64,000 nucleotides of DNA from Minisyncoccota bacterium (lineage in GTDB: Bacteria > Patescibacteriota > Minisyncoccia > Phycocordibacterales > SBAW01): positions 26,396-90,395 of the forward strand of contig JAGOUZ010000002.1 of the NCBI GenBank assembly GCA_018060985.1. Direction: 5' to 3'. This document shows, in pieces, positions 9,366-18,615 of this stretch. The notes below the pieces were generated by a model that was not told where the DNA came from, made no database searches, and saw nothing but the letters and a program-made list of their open reading frames with translations. Numbering within the stretch: position 1 is the stretch's first letter; each line of letters starts with the position of its first letter. Both the position numbers and the translations under genes were made by a program.

Positions 9366-11504
9366 TTATACGGGCCACTTCTCAACCATCAACAGATCTT
9401 TCTTAGGCGAGGGGAGGCTTTGCCAGATTTCCTCAGTAATGTGTGGCATAAACGGGTGGAGGAGTTTGAGCGAATCGAACAGTATTGTCATAAGTACTGA
9501 CTGGCGCGACGCGGCAGCATCTCCACCACTTTTCATAATAGGCTTACTCTCTTCAATTATTTCTGCAGCAAAGCGATCCCAGAGGTAGTGATAGAGCTTC
9601 TCGGCGGCAAGGTCGAGCCGGTATTCCTCTAGATTGGCAGTAACGGCAGTCCCCACCGCACGAAATTCTTCAAGCAGCTTTTTATCAGCTTCGTTTGTAG
9701 GTCCTGGTTCGGTTACATTTTCAAGTACAAAGCGGGTGATGTTCCAGATCTTGTTAGCAAAGTTCTTGTAGCCTTTAATGCGATCTTCTGCCAATTTTAT
9801 GTCGTTGCCAGGTGCAGCGCCCAAAATAAGACCAAGACGCAGTGCGTCGGCGCCGTATTTGTCGATCATGTCGAGCGGGTTGATGATATTGCCCAAGCTT
9901 TTCGACATTTTACGACCTTGTGAGTCGCGTACGAGGCCGTGGAGGTACACCTGTTTAAAAGGTACTTCGCCAAGTAGGAATCCGCTCATCAGCACCATGC
10001 GTGCAATCCAGAAGAAAAGAATATCGTAGCCGGTCTCTAGAACAGACGTAGGATGGTACGTTTTGAGATCTGCAGTTTCTTCCGGCCAGCCAAGGGTCGA
10101 GAAGGTCCATAAGCCGGAGCTAAACCAGGTGTCCAAAGTGTCCGGGTCCTGCTCCCAGCCATCTTTCTGCCAGTTTTCGCTTGGCGGATTTGCTCCTACG
10201 TGGATGTTTTCACCCTTGTACCATACCGGTATCCGGTGGCCGAACCAAATCTGGCGCGAAATGCACCAGTCGCGCAGGTTATCTACCCAGTGATAGTACG
10301 TTTTTGCAAAGTGGTCAGGCTGGATCGCAATAGTGCCGCTCTCAACCGCACTGCGCATGAGCTTTTTGAGTGTTGTTTTGGTTCCATTTTGATCAAACTC
10401 CTGATTCACGGCAACAAACCACTGCATTTTGATCTGCGGCTCTATGGTGGCGCCTCCGCGGCTGTTCGTGGCAATGTTGTGCGTATACTTTTCGTCCACT
10501 TTCTCGATCAAACCCTTTGATTGCATCTTTTCCACAATCATCGGCCGAGCTTTCTTTATATGCTGGCCGGCAAACTCGCCTGCAATAGGGAGGAGGAGCC
10601 CACGTTCGTCGATAACCTGCTCTTTCTGTAGGCTGTGACGATCGGCAATCTCAAAGTCGGTGGCGTCGTGCCACGGGGTAATAGTCATCACACCCGTGCC
10701 AAACTCCATGTCGACTGCGGGGTCTTTAATAACCGTCGCGGTTATAGGCCCGTTAATCCATTCGAGTTCAAGCTTTTGCCCGTGGGTGTACTGCGCGTAG
10801 CGCTTGTCGTCTGGATGCATAACCACGTACTTGTCGCCAAACTTGGTCTCCGGTCGCGCCGTCGCAATAGTAAACGGCCCGTATTTTAGGTAGTAAAACG
10901 GCGCAACCTCTTCCTTCCACTCAATCTCGTCATCAGACACCGTAGTCTGCATCTTTGGGTCCCAGTTAACTATCCGCATGCCGCGGTAAATTAGCCCTGC
11001 GTGGTACATGCGAGCAAAGGCCTCCATAACCGCGTTATAACGCTTTTCATCCATCGTGTAGGCGTAGCGCGACCAATCGAGGCTTGAGCCCATGCGGCGG
11101 AGTTGGTTAATGATGGTGCTTTTACTGTCTTCAACAAAGGCATCAATGCGTGTCATCAGCTCCTCGCGGCCGATGTCGTGGCGAGTCTTCTTTTCTGTCT
11201 TATACAAAATGTCTTCAACCTTTGATTGCGTTGCAATAGCGGCAGAGTCGGTGCCAGGGACCCAGAGTGTTTTTTTGCCACGCATGCGTTCAAAACGAAC
11301 CAAAATATCTTCAACGGCGAGCATGGCCGCGTGGCCTACATGCAGTGTGCCCGTAACGTTGGGTGGGGGGAGTACGATAGAAAAAGGCTCCGTGCGCTCG
11401 CCGGGCAGGTTGTCGGGGTTAAAGTAGCCGGAGTCCTCCCATTTTTTGTATATAGCCTCCTCAACCGCCTTGGGGTCGTAGGGCTTCTTAAATTTCTCGG
11501 GCAT
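9366..11504 (-). CDS. valS: Valyl-tRNA synthetase (short form lacking C-terminal coiled-coil)
   Basis: Class I HIGH region PPPNVTGTLHVGHA is ValRS-like. KMSKSLGN motif. 712 aa. Confidence 0.85.
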   Translation of the reverse strand: MPEKFKKPYDPKAVEEAIYKKWEDSGYFNPDNLPGERTEPFSIVLPPPNVTGTLHVGHAAMLAVEDILVRFERMRGKKTLWVPGTDSAAIATQSKVEDILYKTEKKTRHDIGREELMTRIDAFVEDSKSTIINQLRRMGSSLDWSRYAYTMDEKRYNAVMEAFARMYHAGLIYRGMRIVNWDPKMQTTVSDDEIEWKEEVAPFYYLKYGPFTIATARPETKFGDKYVVMHPDDKRYAQYTHGQKLELEWINGPITATVIKDPAVDMEFGTGVMTITPWHDATDFEIADRHSLQKEQVIDERGLLLPIAGEFAGQHIKKARPMIVEKMQSKGLIEKVDEKYTHNIATNSRGGATIEPQIKMQWFVAVNQEFDQNGTKTTLKKLMRSAVESGTIAIQPDHFAKTYYHWVDNLRDWCISRQIWFGHRIPVWYKGENIHVGANPPSENWQKDGWEQDPDTLDTWFSSGLWTFSTLGWPEETADLKTYHPTSVLETGYDILFFWIARMVLMSGFLLGEVPFKQVYLHGLVRDSQGRKMSKSLGNIINPLDMIDKYGADALRLGLILGAAPGNDIKLAEDRIKGYKNFANKIWNITRFVLENVTEPGPTNEADKKLLEEFRAVGTAVTANLEEYRLDLAAEKLYHYLWDRFAAEIIEESKPIMKSGGDAAASRQSVLMTILFDSLKLLHPFMPHITEEIWQSLPSPKKDLLMVEKWPV

Positions 11505-11518
11505 GGCCTTATAGTAGG

Positions 11519-12628
11519 CTATTTTTGGCTTGAAATCGAGAGATTACCGACGGCGCGGATTTCGGCTTTGGCCGAGTCGTCGAGGTCAGATAGGGCGCGG
11601 GCAAGGGCCGCTTCGGCGATCATAATAGCGTTGTCGCCGGTTATCGAGAGTTCGGGCAAGCGCATTTCGACATCACTAAAATCTTTATCAATCAGTTTTT
11701 GCAGACTTTCGCGTATAAAGAGGTTGGCCGCAACACCGCCGCCGATTACAAACGTTTTAGCACCAGTTTCTTCTAGCGCTCTTGTTGTTTTGGCAATAAA
11801 CACATCAGTTACTGCATCTTCAAACTCTCTCGCAAAGGCTGCCACTTCTTGTTCTGAAAGTTTTTTATCACGCAGGGCATACAGGGCTGCAGTCTTCAGG
11901 CCAGAAAATGATACATCACAGCTGTCTGTGTTGAGCATGGGTCGTGGCAACTTCACAGAAAATCCTTCTTGCAAAGGTCCTCGGTTCTCCTGTCCGGCCT
12001 CTGCGGCCGGCAGGCCAGACCATTTGCTCGTAGGATTTTCTGCTCTGCTTTGTGCTGCAAGTTTAGAGATAACAGGCCCACCGGGGTAACCCAGCCCAAG
12101 CATGCGCGCAACTTTATCGAATGCTTCTCCTACAGCGTCGTCGAGTGTCTCGCCAATTATTTCGTATTTGAACCAATCTTTCATTAGTACAAACTCGGTG
12201 TGGCCGCCGGATATTAATAGCGCGAGTACAGGAAGTTCAACATTATCTAACTTTCCAGCTTTAGCGAGCGATGATAGTAGGTGTCCCTCCATATGGTTGG
12301 TGGGGAGCAATGGTTTACCCGTTTCTTTAGCTAATTTTTCGGCAAAGACAATTCCTTGCCAGAGCGCTGGCTCGAGGCCTGGCCCTTGAGTGACCGCAAT
12401 AGCGTCATAGTCTGCATCTTTAAACTGCTCAAACAGTAGGGGCAAATTCTTCTCGTGCTCGCGCTTAGCAAGGTTAGGGTAGACGCCCCCATACTCGGCA
12501 TGCAAATGCGCTTGGGATAGGAGGGCGTTTTTAACTACTGTAAATTCAAACCCGCCAGAAGTTTTTACTCCCTCTACCACGGCAATCCCAGTCTCGTCGC
12601 ACGAGGTCTCTATCGCAAGAACTTTCAT
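11519..12628 (-). CDS. tsaD: tRNA N6-adenosine threonylcarbamoyltransferase TsaD (Kae1/Gcp)
   Basis: MKVLAIETSCDETGIAVVEG N-terminus. Gcp/Kae1 family metal-binding motifs. Confidence 0.9.
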   Translation of the reverse strand: MKVLAIETSCDETGIAVVEGVKTSGGFEFTVVKNALLSQAHLHAEYGGVYPNLAKREHEKNLPLLFEQFKDADYDAIAVTQGPGLEPALWQGIVFAEKLAKETGKPLLPTNHMEGHLLSSLAKAGKLDNVELPVLALLISGGHTEFVLMKDWFKYEIIGETLDDAVGEAFDKVARMLGLGYPGGPVISKLAAQSRAENPTSKWSGLPAAEAGQENRGPLQEGFSVKLPRPMLNTDSCDVSFSGLKTAALYALRDKKLSEQEVAAFAREFEDAVTDVFIAKTTRALEETGAKTFVIGGGVAANLFIRESLQKLIDKDFSDVEMRLPELSITGDNAIMIAEAALARALSDLDDSAKAEIRAVGNLSISSQK

Positions 12629-13467
12629 TTTTTAAACGTAAATGGCAGCGAAGCAGAGTACGGTAGCAAGAATCCTGCTGCATTGTGATGACCGTTACCG
12701 CCATACTTTTGAGCGAGCTTGGTCAGATCTACACTACCGTCGCCGCGCAAAGAAAAGTGCCACATGCCGCGGTCGCGATACCAAATAATTGAAAAAGGCG
12801 GATGTTTTTTGGCAAGTTTGTTGCCTAACAGTGAGCGGAGCGCCTTGCCTGAGTTTACTGCCAACACAGAGTAGCCTTCAAACTCTACTTCTTCTGCTGC
12901 TCTCATCATCTGCTCGCACATATAGTCGGCATACTCGCTGTACGCTTTGCCTTGGTGCACGATCTCCTCAAACGATTCAGTATTTTCAAACTTGGGTAAG
13001 AGCTTCTCAAATGTCTCAAAATCAAGTCGTACGGTGCCCAAGTAGGCTCCCACTTCTTTAGAGTTGGGGAGCGCAAAGCGCCATAAATCTATTTCCTGAA
13101 TGTAAGCCAGCAGTTTTGGCAGCGGAGTCTCTCCGTGGAAGTAGTTCCATGCAATACCCGAGCCAGAGCGGTCGTTGTCGAACACATGTTCGCGCACTGC
13201 CTCGGTTGCTTCCTTAACACCTACATGATGATCGAGTGCTACTAGGCGTTTAGCATTTTTTTCGAGCTCGAGCATCGTCTCTTTATCGAAGGTGTAGTCG
13301 ATTAAATACAACTCTTTACCTGCAAGGCCGGGCGGCAGAGGCTGGTCGCGCTCCATACCAATATAGTCCGCACTGTCACCAAACTTCTTCCACGCAGCAA
13401 AAGCACCGCCCATGCCGTCGGGGCAGTTGCCATGGTAGAGCACAACAATATCTTTCATATCACTCAT
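12625..13467 (-). CDS. DHH/DHHA1 phosphoesterase (NrnA-like oligoribonuclease / pAp phosphatase)
   Basis: DHH motifs (VLYHGNCPDGMGGAF; VALDHHVGV) and a DHHA1 GGNGHHNAAGF motif. The stop overlaps the tsaD start, suggesting coupling. Confidence 0.7.
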   Translation of the reverse strand: MSDMKDIVVLYHGNCPDGMGGAFAAWKKFGDSADYIGMERDQPLPPGLAGKELYLIDYTFDKETMLELEKNAKRLVALDHHVGVKEATEAVREHVFDNDRSGSGIAWNYFHGETPLPKLLAYIQEIDLWRFALPNSKEVGAYLGTVRLDFETFEKLLPKFENTESFEEIVHQGKAYSEYADYMCEQMMRAAEEVEFEGYSVLAVNSGKALRSLLGNKLAKKHPPFSIIWYRDRGMWHFSLRGDGSVDLTKLAQKYGGNGHHNAAGFLLPYSASLPFTFKK

Positions 13468-13468
13468 A

Positions 13469-14254
13469 TTAGTTCCATTCGAGTATCATCGGCAAATGGT
13501 CCGAAGCCTCGCTGTAAGGGACTTCAAATTTTTTTACTGCGATCTCGGGTGACACAAACGTATAGTCAGCAAATGGCATTATCGCTTTTTTGTCGTATAA
13601 GTTGCTACGCGTTGTTTTGATATTGTGTTCTTTGACTAGGTTTCGTAGGTTGGCCTCTTTTTCTATTAATTCTAGACTTGCGCTGTCTATGTTGAGGTTC
13701 AAGTCTCCGCACAGTATCTTCGGAGGGTCGAATTTGTTAATAAAATTTGCAATTCTAGTGGACTGCACAATACGTTCGGGGATATCGCCCTTGCCGCTTA
13801 AGTGCCACAGGCCGTGGAAGTTAAATATAGCCGGCCCGTTTTCGATTTGTGCAAATTGCAGCATGCGCCCAAGAGTAAACCAGTCGCCCTTTGTACCTGC
13901 CTCTACATCAAGCGCATTGCGTTTGCGGTGCACAAACACTTCGCCGTGTTCGAGTACATTGAGAGACTTTCTTACAAACAGTGCGTTGCCGAAAGAAGTG
14001 GTTGCTGCAGTAGGGCGGAAGTTAAAACCCTCTTGTACGGCGGTGTAGTAGCCGTCGAAGTCAGGAAGCATCGTGCGCAGATCATCAAACAGATGATCCT
14101 TGTACTCACTCTTAGGGTGATCTTTCTTTTCCACCGTTGTGTGATTGATTTCCTGTAAGCAAAATACGTCAGTAGTGGAAGCGTGCTCTGCAATAAATGC
14201 AGTAAAGATATCAAATTGTCTTCCGCCCCAAGCATTAAGGGATACCAATTTCAT
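13469..14254 (-). CDS. Endonuclease/exonuclease/phosphatase (EEP) family protein
   Basis: N-terminal MKLVSLNAWGG and C-terminal SDHLPMILEW are hallmarks of the EEP fold. Start set at the internal Met because the longer ORF runs into tRNA-Val. Confidence 0.65.
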   Translation of the reverse strand: MKLVSLNAWGGRQFDIFTAFIAEHASTTDVFCLQEINHTTVEKKDHPKSEYKDHLFDDLRTMLPDFDGYYTAVQEGFNFRPTAATTSFGNALFVRKSLNVLEHGEVFVHRKRNALDVEAGTKGDWFTLGRMLQFAQIENGPAIFNFHGLWHLSGKGDIPERIVQSTRIANFINKFDPPKILCGDLNLNIDSASLELIEKEANLRNLVKEHNIKTTRSNLYDKKAIMPFADYTFVSPEIAVKKFEVPYSEASDHLPMILEWN

Positions 14255-14257
14255 AGG

Positions 14258-14330
14258 TGCGCGATACAGGACTCGAACCTGTGACCCTCCCCACGTCAAG
14301 GGGATGCTCTACCAACTGAGCTAACCGCGC
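14258..14330 (-). tRNA. tRNA-Val (anticodon GAC)
   Basis: Reverse complement GCGCGGTTAGCTCAGTTGGTAGAGC-A-TCCCC-TTGACGT-GGGGA...TTCGAGTCCTGT-ATCGCGC-A. Confidence 0.85.
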
Positions 14331-14346
14331 GTTAATCACAGTTACG

Positions 14347-14964
14347 TTACACCAAAACAGCATACACGACAACGCGCTGGTCGTAGCTTTTTACCTCATT
14401 ATTCCAATCTCCTGTGCATGTAATTAAATTAAGCCGTGGACGGTCATCGCGGTTAAAAACGCGCTCAAGAGGCACGGCCTCACGAGGGTAGGAAATTACA
14501 CTTTCCACTTCAAACTGTTGCTCAGTACCATCGCTTGCAACCACAGTAATCAAATCGCCCTGTTTTAATTCTTCAATATGCTTAAACACGGCGTCCATAC
14601 CAAATCCATTGTCTAAGTGTCCGTCTATAACGGCACTGCCGCGCGCTCCAGGCACGGGGCCATAGCGATACCAGCCCACGTCGGTGTAGTTGCTAGGTAC
14701 CGCCATGTTCCCGCTTTTGCCTAAACCCACATGCTGGACTTTGGCATCAATCCCAAGCGTTGGTATCACTAGGCGGTCGGGGAGCTCTGTCGGCTCTGCC
14801 TCAACTACAATAGGGGACGCAGTCTGCTCTTCGGGTATAGAAAGTTCTGCTTCGGGCGAAAAGAGGACCGCACGCGCAAGCGTTGTCATAAACACAATAA
14901 AAGCTGCGGCGGTAACCGTTGCCACCGCGATATTGGTAACGTTTTTGGTCATGGTGGTATACAA
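14347..14964 (-). CDS. Sortase (transpeptidase; N-terminal TM anchor)
   Basis: Catalytic-domain signatures: VIDGHLDNGFG (His) and NLITCTGDW (TLxTC Cys motif). 205 aa. Confidence 0.8.
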   Translation of the reverse strand: MYTTMTKNVTNIAVATVTAAAFIVFMTTLARAVLFSPEAELSIPEEQTASPIVVEAEPTELPDRLVIPTLGIDAKVQHVGLGKSGNMAVPSNYTDVGWYRYGPVPGARGSAVIDGHLDNGFGMDAVFKHIEELKQGDLITVVASDGTEQQFEVESVISYPREAVPLERVFNRDDRPRLNLITCTGDWNNEVKSYDQRVVVYAVLV

Positions 14965-15007
14965 ACAACGGATGCTCCATCGGCATCCGTTGTACGCACT
15001 CTATAGG

Positions 15008-15226
15008 CTATTCTCGTACTCCCTTGCGGGTTAGGTACGTACCACCGACAAGCGCGATTCCGGCCGCGGCACTAAGAAGCAAGATATTTGCTGCAGTATT
15101 GCCGCCCGCACCAGTCTCCGGTACGCCAGGAGTGGTTACTTCAGGGGTTGTGGTCTGCGCGCTAGCTGCGCCTGCCAAGAGCAGGGAAGCAAGGGCGAAC
15201 GTACTTACAATTTTTTTAGTGTTCAT
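15008..15226 (-). CDS. Minimal sortase substrate: signal peptide + ~15-aa Thr/Pro-rich mature segment + VPETG sorting signal
   Basis: 72 aa: MNTKKIVSTFALASLLLAGAASA|QTTTPEVTTPGVPETG|AGGNTAANILLLSAAAGIALVGGTYL|TRKGVRE. Sec signal, then (L/V)PxTG motif, hydrophobic span and cationic tail. Lies immediately upstream of and co-directional with the sortase. Confidence 0.65.
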   Translation of the reverse strand: MNTKKIVSTFALASLLLAGAASAQTTTPEVTTPGVPETGAGGNTAANILLLSAAAGIALVGGTYLTRKGVRE

Positions 15227-15384
15227 GTGATCTAGTCAAACAAACTAGTAATGCACTTCTGTTCGACCAGTCTCTATTGAACCGTTTATACCCTTAAGAT
15301 TGGGTGAAAGAGAAAAAAAGAGCGGCACCATGCTAACGCAAGTCCGCTCGTATCTTCTAAGGCGTGCCGATATAAAAATCTAGG

Positions 15385-15469
15385 CGGAGAGGGTGGGATT
15401 CGAACCCACGATACCTTGCGGTATGCCGGTTTTCGAAACCGGTGCTTTCGACCACTCAGCCACCTCTCC
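15385..15469 (-). tRNA. tRNA-Ser (anticodon CGA)
   Basis: Reverse complement GGAGAGGTGGCTGAGTGGTCGAAAGC-A-CCGGT-TTCGAAA-ACCGG plus a long variable arm. T-arm GTGGG-TTCGAAT-CCCAC. Confidence 0.85.
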
Positions 15470-15536
15470 AATAGGCCACAAAGTACCATTTTTTCGCGTT
15501 TTAGGCTATATTTTGGGGGTTCGTGGCCAATTAGAA

Positions 15537-15608
15537 GGCCCCATCGTCTAACGGTTAGGACGGGAGCTTTTCAAGCTCTAAATCGGGGTTCGATTCCCCG
15601 TGGGGTCA
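15537..15608 (+). tRNA. tRNA-Glu (anticodon TTC)
   Basis: GGCCCCATCGTCTAACGGTTAGGAC-G-GGAGC-TTTTCAA-GCTCT...CGGGG-TTCGATT-CCCCG-TGGGGTC-A. Confidence 0.85.
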
Positions 15609-15811
15609 TGGCAACAAAAAGCACCGCCTTGCGCGGTGTTTTTTGGTGGCACGATGATCGCCAGGTGGCGAGAATCGAAAGCCGCAGTCACGACGGTGCC
15701 GAGGCGGGGTCGCGCAAAAATGCAGCAGCATTTTATGCGTAACCGATTCCCACTTGGGCCATGCAAAAAATTACGCCTGACCGATTCTTACCGCTTTGCT
15801 ATACTGACGTA

Positions 15812-16294
15812 ATGAACACACAACCCAAAAATACGATCTGTCTCTGGTTCGAAAAGGATGCACAAGCCGCAGCAGAATTTTATGCTGCTACGTTCCCCGA
15901 CAGCAAAGTTACCAACGTCTTTAATGCACCCTCTGATTTTCCCGACGGCAAGAAGGGCGATGTGCTCACGGTAGAGTTCACCGTCTGCGGGATCCCTTGT
16001 ATGGGCTTAAATGGCGGCCCAACCTTTAAGCAGAGCGAAGCGTTTTCTTTTCAGATTGCGACAGATGATCAGGAGGAGACAGATCGCTACTGGAACGCGA
16101 TTGTTCAAAATGGCGGGCAAGAAAGTGCCTGCGGCTGGTGCAAAGACAAGTGGGGAGTGTCGTGGCAGATTACGCCGCGCGTGTTGATAGATGCGTTGGC
16201 AGCTGGTGGCGATGAGGCAAAGCGCGCGTTCGACGCGATGATGACTATGCAAAAAATTGATGTTGCTGCTATAGAGGCAGCGCGTCGCGGCTAA
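15812..16294 (+). CDS. VOC/glyoxalase-fold protein (PhnB / 3-demethylubiquinone-9 3-methyltransferase-like domain)
   Basis: ICLWFEKDAQAAAEFYAATFPDSKV…VEFTVCGIPCMGLNGGP…KWGVSWQI matches the PhnB-like family. Start at internal Met MNTQPKN. Confidence 0.7.
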   Translation: MNTQPKNTICLWFEKDAQAAAEFYAATFPDSKVTNVFNAPSDFPDGKKGDVLTVEFTVCGIPCMGLNGGPTFKQSEAFSFQIATDDQEETDRYWNAIVQNGGQESACGWCKDKWGVSWQITPRVLIDALAAGGDEAKRAFDAMMTMQKIDVAAIEAARRG

Positions 16295-16342
16295 AGCTGT
16301 CCAATACTATCTCTAAGGCACTATGCTAGACTGCTAGCCACC

Positions 16343-16798
16343 ATGCAGGTGAAGAGGTTTCAGCCTGAAAAGTTTGATACGTATCTCGCTGTCATACAAA
16401 ACAGCGTGGGCAGTAAGTTTTTTCAAACATATTACCTAGAAATAGATGGAAAAAAGGTGGATGTGATGCGCGGGGGCGATCTTTCTTGCGCGTTTTTTGT
16501 GTCCGCAGTGCTCGTTATGTTTAATCTTTCAAAGCGGATACACGGTACCGTGGCCTCTATTGTGAGAGACTTACATACATCTGGCTGGCAACGTATTGAG
16601 ACCCCAAAAGTAGGGTGCATTATTGTGTGGGAGTCAAAACTAGGTGCCCGTGGTGAGACACATGCGCATATAGGCTTTTATGTGGGTCAGGATAAGGCGA
16701 TTAGTAACTCCTCAAAAAGGAAGTATCCAGTCAAACATCACCACACATATGGTGGAAAACGCAAGATTGAAGCCATATACTGGAATAGTCGCTTTTGA
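16343..16798 (+). CDS. Papain-fold NlpC/P60- or CHAP-like cysteine peptidase (putative cell-wall hydrolase)
   Basis: Cys in DLSCAFFVSAV and His about 60 aa later in THAHIGFYVG (the H-x-G-x-Y-x-G pattern typical of NlpC/P60), plus downstream His. No signal peptide. Confidence 0.4.
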   Translation: MQVKRFQPEKFDTYLAVIQNSVGSKFFQTYYLEIDGKKVDVMRGGDLSCAFFVSAVLVMFNLSKRIHGTVASIVRDLHTSGWQRIETPKVGCIIVWESKLGARGETHAHIGFYVGQDKAISNSSKRKYPVKHHHTYGGKRKIEAIYWNSRF

Positions 16799-16810
16799 TA
16801 TACTACTGGT

Positions 16811-17314
16811 ATGCGCTCAATAAGGAAGGCGCTTTTTTATTTATCAGTCGGCCTCGACTGGCTGGCCCATTTCGTGCGCTATTGGGGCAAAAGGAGTTTT
16901 GGTGATAGTAAAGATATCGCGGGTGTCCGCGTGGTCTTGGTGCGCGATGGTAAGGTGGTACTGGTTAAGCACTGGTATGCCCCTGGGGTGTGGACCTTGC
17001 CTGGCGGCGGCCTCATGAAGGGAGAAAAGGCGACCGACGGTGCTACCCGCGAAGTCTTTGAAGAGGTAGGCTACACGATAAAATCATTTTCCGGCGAGCT
17101 TGGCATTTACGAAGGTCGCCGCGGCCGAGGCGACTCGGTTATTGTGCTGTGTTCAGAAGATTTCGAGGGCAGTATTAAAATGCTTCCAAACCTCGAGATT
17201 ATGGAGCGCAGTTTCTTTGACCTGCGCCACTTGCCGTACAATCTTTCTCCTGCAAACCGCCGGCGTGTCGAGTCCTATATAGCCGGCGCCCGCAACGAAC
17301 GCGATTACTGGTAG
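16811..17314 (+). CDS. NUDIX hydrolase
   Basis: Nudix box GGGLMKGEKATDGATREVFEEVGY. Confidence 0.8.
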   Translation: MRSIRKALFYLSVGLDWLAHFVRYWGKRSFGDSKDIAGVRVVLVRDGKVVLVKHWYAPGVWTLPGGGLMKGEKATDGATREVFEEVGYTIKSFSGELGIYEGRRGRGDSVIVLCSEDFEGSIKMLPNLEIMERSFFDLRHLPYNLSPANRRRVESYIAGARNERDYW

Positions 17315-18615
17315 CTCAGCTGTTTGCCATAGCGCGCATTAAGTTCTGTGCGTGTGGCAGGGCCTAAAATAGTGCCATCGCCCTCGATGCCGTATTTTTT
17401 CTGAAATAGTTTAAGCGCCCGTTCGGTGCAGGGGCCAAATTTCCCGGAACGCGGACACTCATTTAACGTATTGCCGGGCGGCGGGTACACTCCTTCTTCA
17501 ACCAATGCAGTTTGCAGGGCGACTATGTCTAACGAGGTATCCGTATCTGTGCCCACCGTGCGCTCCCACGTGTAGGGAAGTAGGGTGCTCGTGTATGTCT
17601 TTTGGCTACTTCGGTCAAAGAAATCTTGCAGCCCCAGGTACGTTTGCATGGCAACATCGTGCACGGTTGTTTGGCGCAGCGCATCTTCTGTCCATTGCGG
17701 CTCATAAATATAGCCATACTCAACCAACATGCTTGCAGCCGACTGCGAGTTGTCGCGGCCAATCGCGATAAGTTTTGCCTCTTCAACAATGCCCGCGCTT
17801 TCTCCCGGTAGATCACTCACCGGGTAGTAGCGAGCAAGGCGGTCATACAATTTTTCTGCAATAGCCCGCGACACGTCGTTGTTGGCATAGCCCGGGTATG
17901 GGATATACAACGCAAAACCTGAGTATGTTCCTGGTTCAGAGGCGCGCGAGCGCGGGTGGTCATTAATGTGCAGGTGCAACACCACGTCTACGTCGTTTTC
18001 ATCGGCCCATTTGTTAATACCGTTTAAGCGAACCGACGGGCCTTCTGGTGCAGGGTTGTGGCGTACGGCAGGCACCACTTCTTCTCGCAGGCCCGATGCT
18101 TCCAGGCGCGCGGTCTCAACTTTGTTGCTGTCGCGCCATGCAACAATACGGTCCCAATTAGTATCAAAATAATGTTGTAGGGTAGGGTGCCAGCCGGTTT
18201 TGGTGCGCGCCACCATGACAGAGATCGATCGGTTGGCACGTAAACGTTCTGCTAGTTCGTCTGCGATATCAACCACAATATCGCGTTCTAGTAGGTCTTT
18301 ATATTCGGTACCGCCGTAGTTTGGTTCGTGGCCAGGCACAACAAGTATGCTTAGGCGTTTACCTTGCTGGTTCTCATACCGAGCATATAAGCCCTGAGTG
18401 GTTTTAGCGGCGCGTACTGTGGCCGCAGTATTGTCCGTCTCAGGCCATTCCTCAGGCAGGTAAGGGCTCGACAGTATAAAAAGTGCCATGGCCGCGCATA
18501 CTGCACTGCACATAACCAAAATCATCCTTTCCGTCATACGCTCTAGTGTAACGCGGAGTTTTCCCTCTGATACAATAGGGTGCATGGTACGCAAAGTAAT
18601 TCGCTTTTTCGACAA
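17305..18615 (-). CDS. N-acetylmuramoyl-L-alanine amidase (Amidase_3) with C-terminal peptidoglycan-binding (PG_binding_1) domain
   Basis: ILVVPGHEPNYGGTEY…DVVLHLHINDH (amidase_3 zinc ligands). C-terminal …ALQTALVEEGVY…FGPCTERALKLFQKKYGIEGDGTILGPATRTEL matches a PG-binding repeat. The true start may be the internal Met (MTERMILVM…, TM anchor), which would end the CDS near 18537. Confidence 0.8.
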   Translation of the reverse strand: MSKKRITLRTMHPIVSEGKLRVTLERMTERMILVMCSAVCAAMALFILSSPYLPEEWPETDNTAATVRAAKTTQGLYARYENQQGKRLSILVVPGHEPNYGGTEYKDLLERDIVVDIADELAERLRANRSISVMVARTKTGWHPTLQHYFDTNWDRIVAWRDSNKVETARLEASGLREEVVPAVRHNPAPEGPSVRLNGINKWADENDVDVVLHLHINDHPRSRASEPGTYSGFALYIPYPGYANNDVSRAIAEKLYDRLARYYPVSDLPGESAGIVEEAKLIAIGRDNSQSAASMLVEYGYIYEPQWTEDALRQTTVHDVAMQTYLGLQDFFDRSSQKTYTSTLLPYTWERTVGTDTDTSLDIVALQTALVEEGVYPPPGNTLNECPRSGKFGPCTERALKLFQKKYGIEGDGTILGPATRTELNARYGKQLSYQ

